DNA of 58,909 nucleotides, filler included, from Platydemus manokwari (taxonomy: Eukaryota): assembly GCA_037951405.1 (NCBI GenBank). It is 6 parts of 6 records of this genome, joined end to end, with 100 filler letters (N's around TTAATTAATTAA, not from the genome) between each part and the next. Parts side by side here need not be neighbours in the genome. Positions count along the whole stretch, not along the records: positions 1 to 9,077 come from JBBMOY011302984.1; positions 9,178 to 18,316 come from JBBMOY011294206.1; 4 more parts are not named here. The stretch is one strand, 5' to 3'. The translations under genes were made by a program, and so were the position numbers. Below are positions 1 to 12,648 of the stretch, piece by piece. Each line of letters starts with the position of its first letter. The first letter of the stretch is position 1. The notes beneath the pieces are model-generated. The model saw only the letters and a list, made by a program, of their open reading frames with translations. It was not told the origin of the DNA and did not search any database.

Positions 1-191
1 AGTTTATTTTCAAAGTCGTGTACTTCTCAGTCAATTAATTATAAAAAAAATTAGCAAAGCTTTCTTTGGTTATTATGAAATAAACTTTCTTAATTTAAAT
101 TTGGAATTTCATCATTTTAAATTTCTTTAAAAAATAATATTTGCTTGTTTAAATAATTAGTCACTATTGGTGATAATTATTGTTATTGATA

Positions 192-771
192 ATGTCTAAA
201 GTTTTAAGAGCAAAATGTTTAATTGTTGGTATGAATTTAAATTAATATTTAAGTCTGTTTACTAAATATCTAGGAGACTCTACAGTTGGTAAGAGTACAA
301 TAGCTCAAGTATTTTGTAGTGATGGTCAAAATTTATTTAAAAATTATTCAATGGTATAATTAATTATCTTTATATTTACTTTATCTCTATATATTTACTG
401 TTATTATATATTTAGACTACAAATGTTGATATTTTAACAAAATTGATTACGGTTCCTGATTCTAACATTTTAATGGTAAATATTAATATCAAGAATTAAT
501 GACTTGAACTGTTTTTATTCATCCTTTCAAAATAGGAATTGATATTTTATGATTGTGCGGGAAAAGAATGTTTTTATAATTTTGTCCAAAAAACGGTAAT
601 TTTATTTCCAAAATCCGTGTCAAATAAACATTAAATATCTCATCAATTATTAGTGGGATCATCCGAATATCGTTGTGTTGGTTTTTGATTTAACAAATGA
701 TCTTTCGCTGTCTGCTGCCGTCAGATGGCTTGAGCGAATCAGAAATTTCAAACAGGAAATCAAAATACCAG
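192..771 (+). CDS. IFT27: Intraflagellar transport protein 27 (Rab-like 4), 5' partial; exons 192-228, 274-353, 416-475, 536-595, 654-771; 3' exons not found in this contig
   Basis: The spliced translation MSKVLRAKCLIVGDSTVGKSTIAQVFCSDGQNLFKNYSMTTNVDILTKLITVPDSNILMELIFYDCAGKECFYNFVQKTWDHPNIVVLVFDLTND...WLERIRNFKQEIKIPG has the P-loop GDSTVGKS, the IFT27-type SDG..F.KNY.MT and DxAGKE motifs. Four GT-AG introns of 45-62 nt keep the frame. Confidence 0.93.
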
Positions 772-973
772 GTTTATTATTTTTTTTCGATTAAAAATTA
801 TTTTACTGATTTTAATTAATATTTATTAAATTTTCATTAATTATTGCATTCTCTATTTAATTGGTGTATTAATATTTTGTTAAAAACAATTTTAAACTTT
901 AAGTGCAAAGATGAGGATCTTCATTTTAATTGCTAGCTATATTGTAATTGTTTTGATAATTACCTCTATCTGT

Positions 974-1000
974 TTGTGTGTGTGCATGCGTGTGTGTGTG
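974..1000. repeat. Imperfect (TG)n microsatellite at the 3' end of gag copy 1
   Basis: ttgtgtgtgtgcatgcgtgtgtgtgtg is directly visible. Confidence 0.8.
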
Positions 1001-1002
1001 TT

Positions 1003-1905
1003 CGGTTTGAATATCGGCTTCATCTTCCTCCTCATGTATGCACAATATTCTCCTCGAACTATTGTAACTAGGCTTTCTGGCTAAATGTCATTCTCGGAAC
1101 GAATGTCCATCTTTACCGCATATCAAACATTTATTCCCCAGTGGACATTCAAACTTCCGGTTTCCAAGCTCACCACATCAAAAACAAGATCCTGGTTTCA
1201 AATAATCACCACGTTGTGTGGGTTTTCCTCTACAATCGTTGTAGAATTTAGAAGCAATAGCTTTCATTGATCTTGTTGGTCTCTCATTGGTTGGAAATTC
1301 CATGTGATTAACTGGTGGTCGATGATGATCCTTTGAAATACCGATTGAGCATATGTCTTCTTGATGGCGTTTATGGGCTTCTCAAAATTGGCAGACAACT
1401 CTCTTCTTCTATCATCGGACATTGAAGGGTCGAGAGTAAATGACTCTTTCAGTTTCTTGCTATTTAGACCTTGCAGAATAAATAGTCTTGAAATTTCTTC
1501 AAGAGCGTTTTTCTTGTCAAAAACCTCCAAAACTGGCTTTTTTACTCGAAGTTCAAAACTGCGATATTTATCATCTGGTCTTTGTTGCATTGCTGCAAAA
1601 TCTTGAACCTTGTCGTATACTGTTTTGGCATGAGAAAATGTTTCTAAAAACCATTTCTCAATTTCTTCATTTGAAACAGCCTCTTTGAAACTGCTGAATT
1701 CTTGCCACAGTTGTTTGGTGTCATCTCTCAAAAGCATATCAAATGCAAATGATAGTTCCATTTGATTAAAGGTCGCAAAATCTTTGGTTGTTTGGAACCA
1801 TTTCTCAGCGTCTTGAATTGATGAATCAAAGAATGATAGTTTTTTGTGCAGATTGCCAAAGATTTTCTGCCTTTCTTCTCGTTTGGCTTCAATATTTTTT
1901 TCCAT
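1003..1905 (-). mobile_element. LTR-retrotransposon (Ty3/gypsy-type) gag relic, copy 1: capsid-like ORF plus two damaged CCHC knuckles
   Basis: ORF 1264-1905 has a capsid-like pattern (FD..IQDAEKWF, LW..F, QQRPDDKYRSFELRV). Downstream in a shifted frame it reads GSCF*CGELGNRKFECPLGNKCLICGKDGHSFRE*H. No pol follows. Confidence 0.8.
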
Positions 1906-1939
1906 TTCAAATTTACACCGTTTGTTTTTTTAATATTAA

Positions 1940-2600
1940 ACTAAATCTCATTTTTTTCTAACTATCAATATTTTGCTTTCACAGATTCTTTAGCTCTAAA
2001 ATATCAGATTAAACATTGAACTCATTGTTTCATGGATTGTTTAATTTTCTAAATTTTTATTGAGAGTGATTTGGCAATGAATTTGATTAGATTCATAGTT
2101 AAAAAAATGTGTCAGTTTAAAGGTTAATCAATATATCAGAGATTTACTAACATCATAATAAGTAATTTTCATCCGGGTAATTTTATTTATAAAATCTTGA
2201 AGTATCATTCTGTTTTACAAAAAACGATTACATGAAATTTATTGTTCGATTAGTATAGCTGAAATAAGCATTCAGACGACATTATTATTTGCATTGAATG
2301 AAGCAGAGTTAGTTTGAAACAATTGAAACGAAATGATACAACAATATCTAGTTAAATATCTAGTGAAAAAACATTATTTAATGATAGTCAATTTTTTAAG
2401 AATAAGAATGATTACATTTCTATATGCTTTGTTTAATCTCGAGAGAATAAATTTCCCACGATAGTAAATGATGAAAAAATATTTAAACTCGTATCCAGCA
2501 ATAAAATGAATTATCATCAACAAAAAATAATCGTCACAACAAATATTATTTTATTAATAAAATATTACTTTTTATTAAGAACAATGGTATTAAAGAAAAT
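1940..2600 (+). repeat. Diverged direct repeat, copy A (homologous to 4929-5670)
   Basis: Colinear shared blocks: aaacattgaa, tcataat.agtaattttcat, aaaatcttgaa.ta..attctgttttacaaa, tatttgcattgaatgaagcagagtt, gatagtaaatga, agcaataaaatga, aaatattattttattaataa, agaacaat.gtattaaa. Confidence 0.8.
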
Positions 2601-4928
2601 GTATATATAATTTTTAATTATAAATTTATTACATCTTTTTCATATATTTTATCTCGAAATACAATTTTTTTATTAATTTTCAATCAAATTGAGTTTGTCA
2701 GTGCTAGTAACAATTAATATGAAATTATAGTTAAATAATTCATTATTTTATTTTATGAATTTTTTCTATATTTTGAGATTTAACCTTCAAGATAGAATAT
2801 CATTGATACCACCTAACTAAGTTTAGCATTTCCAATTTGATTGCATTTTTAGTTGTAACTGAGTTAAAGGTGTAATAGTTTACCTCAGTTGAATAAAGTG
2901 TTTTAGAAGCAATAGTTTAAATGAGATGTGTAATGGAAAATCGAACTGAGAATCGGATCAAAATATAGGTGATTATGCAATAACGAAATAAATCGAAATT
3001 CTCAAAAAAAACAAAATTTTGAAACATGTTTGCATAGTTAGTGAAAAAAGCGTACTCGTGAAATATGTATTCTGCGATTATTTCTCATGATTCATCTGAT
3101 ATTTACAAGATTTAAAAACACAATAACATTTGTCATCACATGGCCATCTATGGCTTTGCCTTACCAATTTTTTCTATAACCACCATTCTCATTGGTTTTA
3201 ATAAAAACACTTATTAAACGCACATCCAATTAAAGTGTCTATATAAGCACGGTTAATAACATGAGCGTAATGCCTACATGTTTTATTTGGTTTATTTAAT
3301 AAAATAAACTTCTGAAAAGATGAAAATTGAAATTGTTCGACCATATCTAATTGAATAATGATAATAATTATCACAATAGAATTCATCATTGTAAATAGAA
3401 ATGTTTATTTTTAATTTAAGAAAGTTTTATAATTTAAAAATTGAGTGCACATTTGCCGTTGTAATTAAACAAATCAATATTATGTTTATTAAATTTTATT
3501 TATGGGAATCAATGTAGATAAACAAAATGAATTATAATAAATATTCAATGATTGTGTTTGAAGATAGACGCATTTAAACTGATAATATAATTTTGTACGA
3601 CATATTTAGATCGTAAAGTACATTAAAAAAAGGAAATTATGTATTTTAGCGGACCAATTATGATATAATTTGTGTGTTGTTTAAATTTCTTAATTTATGC
3701 TAAAATTTGGAATAAATAATATTCTCTTAAATTGTCTTAAAATTATTTTCAAAGAGCCAGTGGTATTTTGTGAAAATAATCGACAATTATTCGGGATATT
3801 TAAATATTTAATTTTCATGATGAAATGAATAGAGGTATTATTGAAAAACTTTATTCAGCTTATTTGACTGAAAATTTGAAAATTATTTCTCTCATTATTT
3901 ATTAGAAAAGATAAAATTATAACGCTTCTTTATCAATTGATATAGCATTTAAGATTAGTTAATTTCATAGAGATCTCAAAAAGTGAATGAATTACTTTTA
4001 ACATATATCGTAGGATTTTTCGGAGTCTCAAATTTTGTAGCCTTTTAAATGTCTCTTCACTTAGTTTTGGTTGACTCACATTGAAAACCTTTAATTTTCG
4101 ATGATTTTGACGTTTAAACAATATGGTCGGTTAGAAACATTTTTAGTTGCCAACTACATAAGTGTCAATTTAATTGACCTATCTAATAGTAATCTATATT
4201 TTGTGTGTAAAGTGTGTTATGGGTGATGGAACTTCGTGATTTAATAAAAATTTTTATAAGCCGTGAGTTTAGATGTATGGTAAGATGATTACACAATATT
4301 TAAAAATATCTAACTAATTGTCTTTACGTTTTTCGTCTGTTTTACACTTCCTTTAATATTTATTTTCGTGTATGCAACGTCGTACTTTTTCTGATTGATT
4401 AGTTGTTTGCCTAATAATTAGTGTTCGTGGCACTTCTCCAGGTTATCATAGTAATATGAAAATAGACAAGGTTGTGCATAAATATTTTGTTTATTTCTTA
4501 GTTTTTATCAATATTTATGCTTATTATTATTTTATTTATTTATTTTCTCGTGCCTGTGAGTAATGAAATCATATTTTGTTTATATTTATTGCATCTTATT
4601 CTCGTTTAAAAAACATAAAGAAATGGAATTGTTAAAACCTGAACAACTATTAATATTAATTTGAGCAAATAAGCAATTAATATGATTTTGTTTCTCTTTT
4701 TTATTTCTTGTTTGAATTTGTAAATGTTTCTATTTTAGATATTTTTTATTAATTTTTTATGAATAAAAATACGAAAGATCTATTTCAAATAGTCTTCAAG
4801 ATTTTGGGTTTTATTACGATATGTCTTTATAATTTCGTTAAATATTATTCAGTGAATTAACAACATTATTATTGTCACTTTTTTGACAGCTATTAAATTT
4901 TTAATTCATGGAGCAATTCCAATGTTGA

Positions 4929-5670
4929 CTAATCTATTTATTGTTATTTACTACTATACTGGTTTCACATGTCTTAGATCTCTAATGAATCGTATGAAAC
5001 ATTGAATTACTTAATTTATGAATTGATTGAATTGAGCTTCAACCATTTTAATTGATAAAGATTTTGAATTCTTATTGACAGTTTTCAAGCAATTAATTCT
5101 GTTGTATTCAAAATCAATTATTCAATAAATTTTTCATAGATATAAAAACGTCATAATTAGTAATTTTCATTAGAAATGCAAAACAGATATTGAAAAGGAA
5201 ACAAGGTTATTTTATTTAAAAAATCTTGAAATATTATTCTGTTTTACAAATCACGATAGCATCAAATTCATTGTTCGATATGTATGCCTGGAACAACATT
5301 TACATAATATTGCTATTTGCATTGAATGAAGCAGAGTTTTTCATTGTCAATTTGAAACTATTGAAATAAAACAATATGATGATGACGACATTTCATTGCA
5401 GATTACATATCTATTTAAACAAAATATTATTTAGAAGATAGAGAATTTTTTTAAAAATCAGAATGGATATATTTTTATATGTTGTTCCATCACTATAGTC
5501 AAAATTGTGCTTTGATAGTAAATGAAGTAGAAAATATGTTAACTCGAATCAAGCAATAAAATGATTAATTACCAACACAATAATTATCGTCAAAATAAAT
5601 ATTATTTTATTAATAATATAATTATTAATATTCTTTTTTATTGAGAACAATAGTATTAAACAAAATTAAT
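4929..5670 (+). repeat. Diverged direct repeat, copy B (homologous to 1940-2600); possibly a decayed DNA-transposon ORF
   Basis: Same colinear blocks as copy A. One frame reads KNLEILFCFTNHDSIKFIVRYVCLEQHLHNIAICIE*SRVFHCQFETIEIKQYDDDD with few stops for such AT-rich DNA. Confidence 0.75.
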
Positions 5671-5775
5671 CAAGTTGATTTAATGAAGAATCAAATATAT
5701 AATACCACGAAATTAGGTTTGATTATTGAATTACTTTTTAAAAAAGAAAACAATATCGATTTGTGTTAAACAAAA

Positions 5776-6490
5776 TTTTTAGAAACCTTTTCACATGCCA
5801 ATACAGATTATGACAATGTTCCGGATTTGGCAGCAACGCAACAAAGACCAGATGAAAAAAACCGCAAATTTGAACTTCGAGTAAAGAAGCTAGTTTTGGA
5901 GGTGTTTGACAAGAAAAACTGTCTTGACGAAATTATTATTTATTTTGCAAGGTCTAAATAACAAGAAATTGAAAGAGTCATTTACTCTCGATCGTGCGAT
6001 GTCCGCCGATAGAAGAAGAGAGCTGTTGTCAATTTTGAGAAGTTAACTCCGACTAAGCCCATAAACGCCATCATGAAGATATATGCTCAGTCGGTATCTC
6101 AAAGTGAATCAAGGAAGATCTTTAGGACGTAGATGTTGTTCAAAAAGCCAACCCTAATCGTGCAAGAAACTTTGGTAAAAAAGAATATCATCGAGCATAT
6201 CGTTAATCGCACTAAATTTCTAAACAATGAGAGACCAACAAGATCAATGATGGCTATTGTTTCTAAGTTCTATAACGATTGTAGACCAAAAAACACATCA
6301 GGCGGCGATTATTTGAAACCATTTGTTTGTATTTGCTGTGGTGAGCTTGGACATCAAAAATTTAAATGTTCACTGCGGAATAAATGTTTGATATGCGAAA
6401 AAAAAAACATTCATTGCTAGCTACAATAGTCCAAGGAGAATACTGTACATCCATGACGAAGAAGATGAAGCCGATTTTCAAACTGAAAGT
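5776..6490 (+). mobile_element. gag relic, copy 2 (same family as 1003-1905, opposite orientation, 5' truncated and frameshifted)
   Basis: FLETFSHANTDYDNVPDLAATQQRPDEKNRKFELRVKKLVLEVFDKKN aligns with copy 1. ORF 6133-6420 carries CICCGELGHQKFKC (CCHC) and CLICEK. Confidence 0.85.
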
Positions 6491-7049
6491 GAAGCAAGTG
6501 ATTGTGTAAGCTCACTCCCCATTGTAAACAAAAAACTGGAATCAACGGAATCAGCTAGTGCAACGGTACACATATTGAAATGTTATGGGACGAATCAACA
6601 TTATATTTATTTAATTTTGTGTTTTTGTGATGCATGTAAATAAACAAATTGAAATTTATTTATCTAAAAATTTCAATGATCGACTTTCAAGAAAATTTTT
6701 TTTTAACTTGATATTCCAATTTTGTAAGAAAGATTTAATTTTTTAACCATTTATAAAATGGTAATATTAATATTTTAAGCAAGTCATTTTGATATTATTT
6801 ATGCTTTGTATAAACTGTGTTAGTTCTTTTAAAATAGGAAATAAATAATAATCTATCAAATTGATTGAAAATTAATTTAATGGAGTTAGTGACATTTTGT
6901 GGTAATAATGATAAATTATATTTGTTATCCTTTTTCTGAGGTCAATCTGTGGAAGTCGATAGGTTTGAATTGTGATAACATTCGTGGCTTCTGCGATAGT
7001 TGTATTTTTTATCAGAGTGGGTGCCGTAATAATGCTCAATTGTAAGGTG

Positions 7050-8200
7050 ACAATCATTATGGCAACTCATTCGCCATTTCAAGTAATTGTTAGTGTATCT
7101 CAGATCTGGTATCGTAATCTATTGATTATCAACTTTGTACAATGAAGATATGAAATGGTTTCATTCCGCTGGTTGAAATAATGGATTCTTTTTGATTAAT
7201 ACATGTGATATTGCTTGCGTATATCAGTTGCTATATTTTTGAGATTGGCAATTTTTTGGCACTCATTACTTTTAGTTATGATAACTTGCAATGTTTTGCA
7301 TTAACCTCAATACGAAGCTTCCCACTTATACGATGGAATCATCCGTTTGTTATAGGATTTTTCTTGATGTTTATGATAATTTCTTTGTTTTTGTACAATT
7401 ATTTTGTAAGAATATCTAGTAAATATCGATTGAAGTTGCAAATTGTGACAGAAATAACCAATTTATTTAAATAAGCTGATATTTAGTTGTAAACTTCAAT
7501 GATCTTGGTGGCATCTTATGCCATTTTCTCACTGAAGTAGAGGCCTTTGTTGATGGTCTCATACACAAGGATCAAAATTTGTTTATAGATGTTTTTTTTT
7601 ATGAGTTGTATGATATCTCTATTAAGTAGCGGTTTCATTTATTGGCGTATAATTAATTTGTTTCAGTTGTAATGCTAGAGTCATTCTGTTTGGCTTATAA
7701 AATTTTTTCACATTGAATTTTTGTGTGTAGATTTTCTCCGTCGCATAGAATATTGCAATTTGTTGATCTTATAGGTGTATAAACCCCCTGTGACAAACAT
7801 CTAGGTTAGGCTTAAGCATCTGAAGATAAGGAAAATGAAGATGCTGAAATTGTAATAATTTATTCCGTTAGCTACACTTATATAATCTTCAATAAGGCCA
7901 TATTAATGATCGGAATTATAATGCCTTGTGTTTGTGTGACAATTGAAATACAAACATTGTAATCTGAACTTTCGCTCGGGTAACGAAAATGAATACAATT
8001 GAACTAAGGCTACAGCCACTGTCTGGTTGTGCTGTGTATGCATAAACTGTGTGAAGACAGAGAAGGGATGGCTACGTATTCTCGATATTGCTCCGTAAAA
8101 AGAACTTTGGTCGAATTGTAAGGCACTAATTTCATTTGAAATCAGAATAGAGTTGCAGTAATGAATCGAAATCGGGTAAGACAACCATTGCTTTGGTTGA
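7050..8200 (-). pseudogene. Decayed glycoprotein-like ORF resembling class III viral fusogens (chuvirus G / herpes gB-like env)
   Basis: Allowing for stops and frameshifts it reads IHYCN ... FRCLSLT/CLSQGGLYTY/CNILCDG ... CNFNRYLLDILTK*LYKNKEIIINIKKNPITNG*FHRISGKLRIEV/CKTLQVIITKSNECQK/LPISK..LIYASNIT ... LYKVDNQ*ITIP. The Cys/Gly spacing matches my recollection of chuvirus G. Confidence 0.4.
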
Positions 8201-9077
8201 TGTGGTTATCTAGAGTTTTCTTTCATTTCGTGTTGTTGCGGTGAATTGTTTTTGTCTGATTTTTAAAATTTTGAACACACTTTGCTGTTGATATTGCGAA
8301 GGGTTATTGTTTTGGTTGAGAATGAACCCGTATGGTAGTATTTGGGAGTGGGTAAAGTTGATAGACTGTCAATGCTCAAATTTCAATGGATAGTCGATGA
8401 TGATTGATTAGTGAATCTCAGTTCTGAGTGATACGACCTGAGGTCAAACTGAACCCATTTATTGAATACGATATTTGTATAGAAATATTTCCTATTAATG
8501 AAGTATTCTTGAGTGATCTTACCTATAGAAACAGTCCTTGAACCATTATCTAAAAATAAATGTAACTTTTTCATATTACACAAGTTAATAATAAAAGCCG
8601 AATATATAATGTAAAAATAGAATCTTACAAAGCAATTTTAAAATTTAAACTTGTTATGAAAGTACTTATGAAGACCATTATTTTAGGATTTGTTTCAGGA
8701 GTTGATAATAATAAATTACTTTTTTTCCGGGATCTTGTTTATCAGCAATTGAAAAAAATATATTCTGGCTTGCCTTAATGAATGTAGAATTTTTGATAAT
8801 TACTGCGAGTTATATATCTGGAAAAGTTGCATCTATAAAATCGAATATTATTTTTAGTTTTTCAGCTAATAGTATCCTTCCAGGGCATTGATATATTAGA
8901 GAAATGAAATAAAGTAATCGATTTACAAGTGTTTACTAAAAATGTTCTGACAGATTGAAATGATAATTTAATACACTTAAAGTTACATATTAAATAATAA
9001 ACAAGTATCAGGTGTACCGGTATGAAATGAGCGTTAAGATACAAATATGTTGGTAGGGAAGATTTGTTGTGAACAAG

Positions 9078-9177
9078 NNNNNNNNNNNNNNNNNNNNNNN
9101 NNNNNNNNNNNNNNNNNNNNNTTAATTAATTAANNNNNNNNNNNNNNNNNNNNNNNNNNNNNNNNNNNNNNNNNNNN
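9078..9177. other. Artificial contig spacer N44-TTAATTAATTAA-N44
   Basis: The identical 100-nt construct occurs five times. The 12-mer has stop codons in all six frames. Confidence 0.98.
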
Positions 9178-12100
9178 TAATAAAATTGTGAAAATCCTAA
9201 TCATGAATTCTTTTGATTCAACACAAGCAACAAACGAAGTCGCTGCAACTAACAGATATTATTATCAACGTGATAATAATTATTATTAATTATATAGAAT
9301 ATGCACATTGAAATAATATTTATAATATAATATAATACAAAAATTAAATTAAATAAAAAATTCCAAAATTAATGCTCATCAAAATATAACAACACAACTT
9401 TGAAACAAAGTAAAAATTTTAATAAAGAACTTTGAAATCGGAGCCCAAATTTATTTATCATCCAAAAGAAAACACCGATCATTTAAATTATGAAAAGAAG
9501 ACGATTAAATATTGTACTGGCTACAACCAAAGCCAAATTTAAATAAGCACAACACAATTAAAGCTTACTGTGCCAAAAATACTGACAGAAAACAAAGCCA
9601 AAATTTCGTAAAAATTGATAATCAAAACACAGTTATTCACAAGTAACTCAACACAATAACAAAATCTTAACAAAGATTTTCATACAAATCTCTGTTTATC
9701 GTGGAAAGTATTTTACAATCGTATATTGTCGTTGATCAAAGGATAATTCAGTAATGTTTACATTCAATTCTGTCTATTATTATTTCAAACCAATTTATTC
9801 CGACATTAATTTCTTAAATGAATTCTAGTAAACGGTTTTGATGGCATATTTTGAATCCAATATTTATTTGTTTAAAACACACCATGACTATCGCCTGCAA
9901 AATTTGTTTTTGGGTCATTTCAGGTGACACAGCTGATAATCAAAAATCTTTGATGGATTATATTCTGCACAATCGCTAATTTAATTTTATTAGTGTTATA
10001 CTTTATACTATTAATAAATTGGTATATTATACCTTGATATTATTCATTTATTGAGAACGTATGTGTGTGTGCTTGTGTGTGTGGCATTTTCTATTTGGAG
10101 TTACCTTAATTTCTGAAGCCAGGTAGTTAAGGCATATAACAAATCATTGTACTTCATATCTTTGGAGTCAGATATTAACTTCAACCTATCAAATCCCGTT
10201 TTTATTATTAATATTATCATTAATATATCTTATAGATTTGTGACTTAACTTGTAAAATTAGATAATTGATGAAATAGTGTAAATGGAATTATAAAATCTC
10301 ACGATTTAATTTTATTATTTAAGTAAAAAACTCAGTTAATTGATAAGCACAATAAACAACAATCACTTTACCACAAAAATTAAATGTAAATCAATAATTG
10401 GAAATGAAAATATTAAAATTCAATAAATGATGATAAAAATCATAAAATGCACACCGAGAATTAATAATTAGACAACACAAATCCATTGAAAAACAAATAT
10501 AATATATTCCAGCTAAAATAGTTTATTTTGAGCACACAATTCCTAGTAATATTCAATGAAGATGTACTTCAATTCACAGGGAGGCATTTCGTTGTAAGTA
10601 TTTGAAAAATATTGTGTTCAAACCATTTCAAAATTCTGGTAGCAAGATGTGATAAAACGTGAATTTAACCGCGATTTTATATTGAACTTCAAGTGTAGTG
10701 GCCGTGACGTTTTCATTACTATTGTAGTGAAAGATGACAATTGCTAACCATCATGACTAATTACAGTATTTTTTAATGTATATAGAAGCTTATTTTGATT
10801 GAGGAAAGGTAATCCACTCGCAATGAATAAATTATACCAATAATTAATACAAAATCCACTTCCATTTCAATGTATAGTCTACTTCTAAATAACTTGGCGA
10901 ATAAAATGAAAGGGGTTGTAAAGATTAAAAAGGGAAAAATAACTTTTTTGATTTAAAGATTTACTCAATAAGAAGAGGAAGATAAATTAAAGACAGATAT
11001 ATGATAATGCTAGCTGAGTTTATCAAATAACCAAATATTAATTGTTTATTTTCATTTTTAGGTAAATATATAAGCTACACCAAGTAGTCTGTAGCTGGTA
11101 TAGCATAAATACTTAAGCAAAGCAGTGGTATTGATTATTTCAAAAATTGAACCACTCACACTAGCCAGAATTGTATGAAAGAATTTGACGATTAAAAATT
11201 TATAAAGTTATATTTGCAGTATAAATAGCTGTTGTATACGACTGTCGTGAGTCTCTGGTAAGTATATTGAACTTCGTCCAGGGATATTATCTTTTTGAAT
11301 GTTGTACATCATTGTAATATTAGGTTGTGTGTGTTGTTTTAATTGTTGTTGTATGCAACCCAACAGCGTGAGTTCTTTAAATGTTGATTATTATTGATTT
11401 AATTTATCAAACTGAACACTCCAAATTTCAATAAAATGATTTATTTATAATATTAAATTTGTGCACTATCAAAATTAACTCAAACTGTTTTGGCTCAAGC
11501 CAAACCTATTATAACAAATGAGTGAAGTTATCTCTGCTGGAACGCGAGAACTTATTCTATTTGATACCCTACTATTTTAAATATAGAGCTTATAAATAGG
11601 TTCTGAAGGGATTAAAATTGTTTTTAAATATTATTATTATTATCAATAATTATCAAATGTTGTTTATTGAATTCCCAAAGCTTGCTTGATTATTACCAGA
11701 ATTTTATAATTGTTTTATCGAAGCTCTCAAGTTCATGTCGAAGTAAGTTTTTGTAAGCTAATTTTAAAAGAGTGAATTGTTATGGAAATCCATCAGCTTA
11801 TATAGATGCTGAGATTCGTTACTTTGAACCTAGGATTTTTCATTAATTTTGCGAATTAATTATTTTTTGTCACTTTTTTCCTTAATTATTTATCATTTTA
11901 AAAGTGCTTTAAACTTAAAAATTCATTGATTTGGTTGACATTACAAATTATATTTGTCAATTTGTCAACTTCGAAAATAATTATTCATTAAATTCCTTTT
12001 TATTCTTTACTTATTTTAAGATTATAATTATCTGATTTGGAAATAATATTATAAATTTTATTTAAATATTTAACAACACCATTAAAAATAATCAGATTTT

Positions 12101-12374
12101 TACAGATCAAATAATTAGAAATCAAATGTCATAAAAATTATTATCAATTATCGCACGTGCATAATAATAAAAGCTATAATCAGATATCAAATGTGCACAA
12201 AAGTTAAATGATAGATGATCACGTATTTAGAAAAGTTATTTGTCATCACTGTTTGAGTGTTTTCTCTGGATTATCGAATGAATATTTTCGAATGATTATC
12301 TAATGAAATTTTTGAATGAATATTTTGGATTGTCAAATTGGCTACCGAGGCAGTTTCAGTTGAAATTGTTATTG

Positions 12375-12648
12375 ACTTCTAGACATCCAACTCCACACTC
12401 CAGTTTCTCGTTCATCGTATCTTCCATATGTGGTTTGGTTTAAATGTTGCGGTCGGCTTTTTAAAGTCATTTTGAGATGCTTAGGCTATGAATGATTGGG
12501 GTAGTAATATGTTTTTCTTTGGTGTTTCTCCTCTACTTATTACTCTTCCCTTCATTACATGAGCTGGTGATAATAGGACCTTTTTCTTCTTCGCTCTCCG
12601 TAATATCTGAGAAGGGCACCAGCTGGCTAATGGTTTCCTAACAGTCAT
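12375..12648 (-). repeat. Orphan interspersed repeat with decayed basic ORF, copy 1 (homologous to 18846-19140)
   Basis: Minus frame MTVRKPLASWCPSQILRRAKKKKVLLSPAHVMKGR...SQNDFKKPTATFKP...NWSVELDV aligns with KPLTG..TVRKAKKNLPLPSAHLVNGR and SQNEFRNPTAPMKP...NWIVDLDV in the next contig. Confidence 0.7.

Noticed and set aside
8383-8583. LFLDNGS as a retroviral aspartic protease motif
   Set aside because: DNG is not D[ST]G, and no other protease motifs or RT follow.
9122-9133. Recurring palindrome TTAATTAATTAA at ~9-kb spacing as a biological periodic element
   Set aside because: It is always embedded in exactly 44+44 N, so it is an assembly linker.
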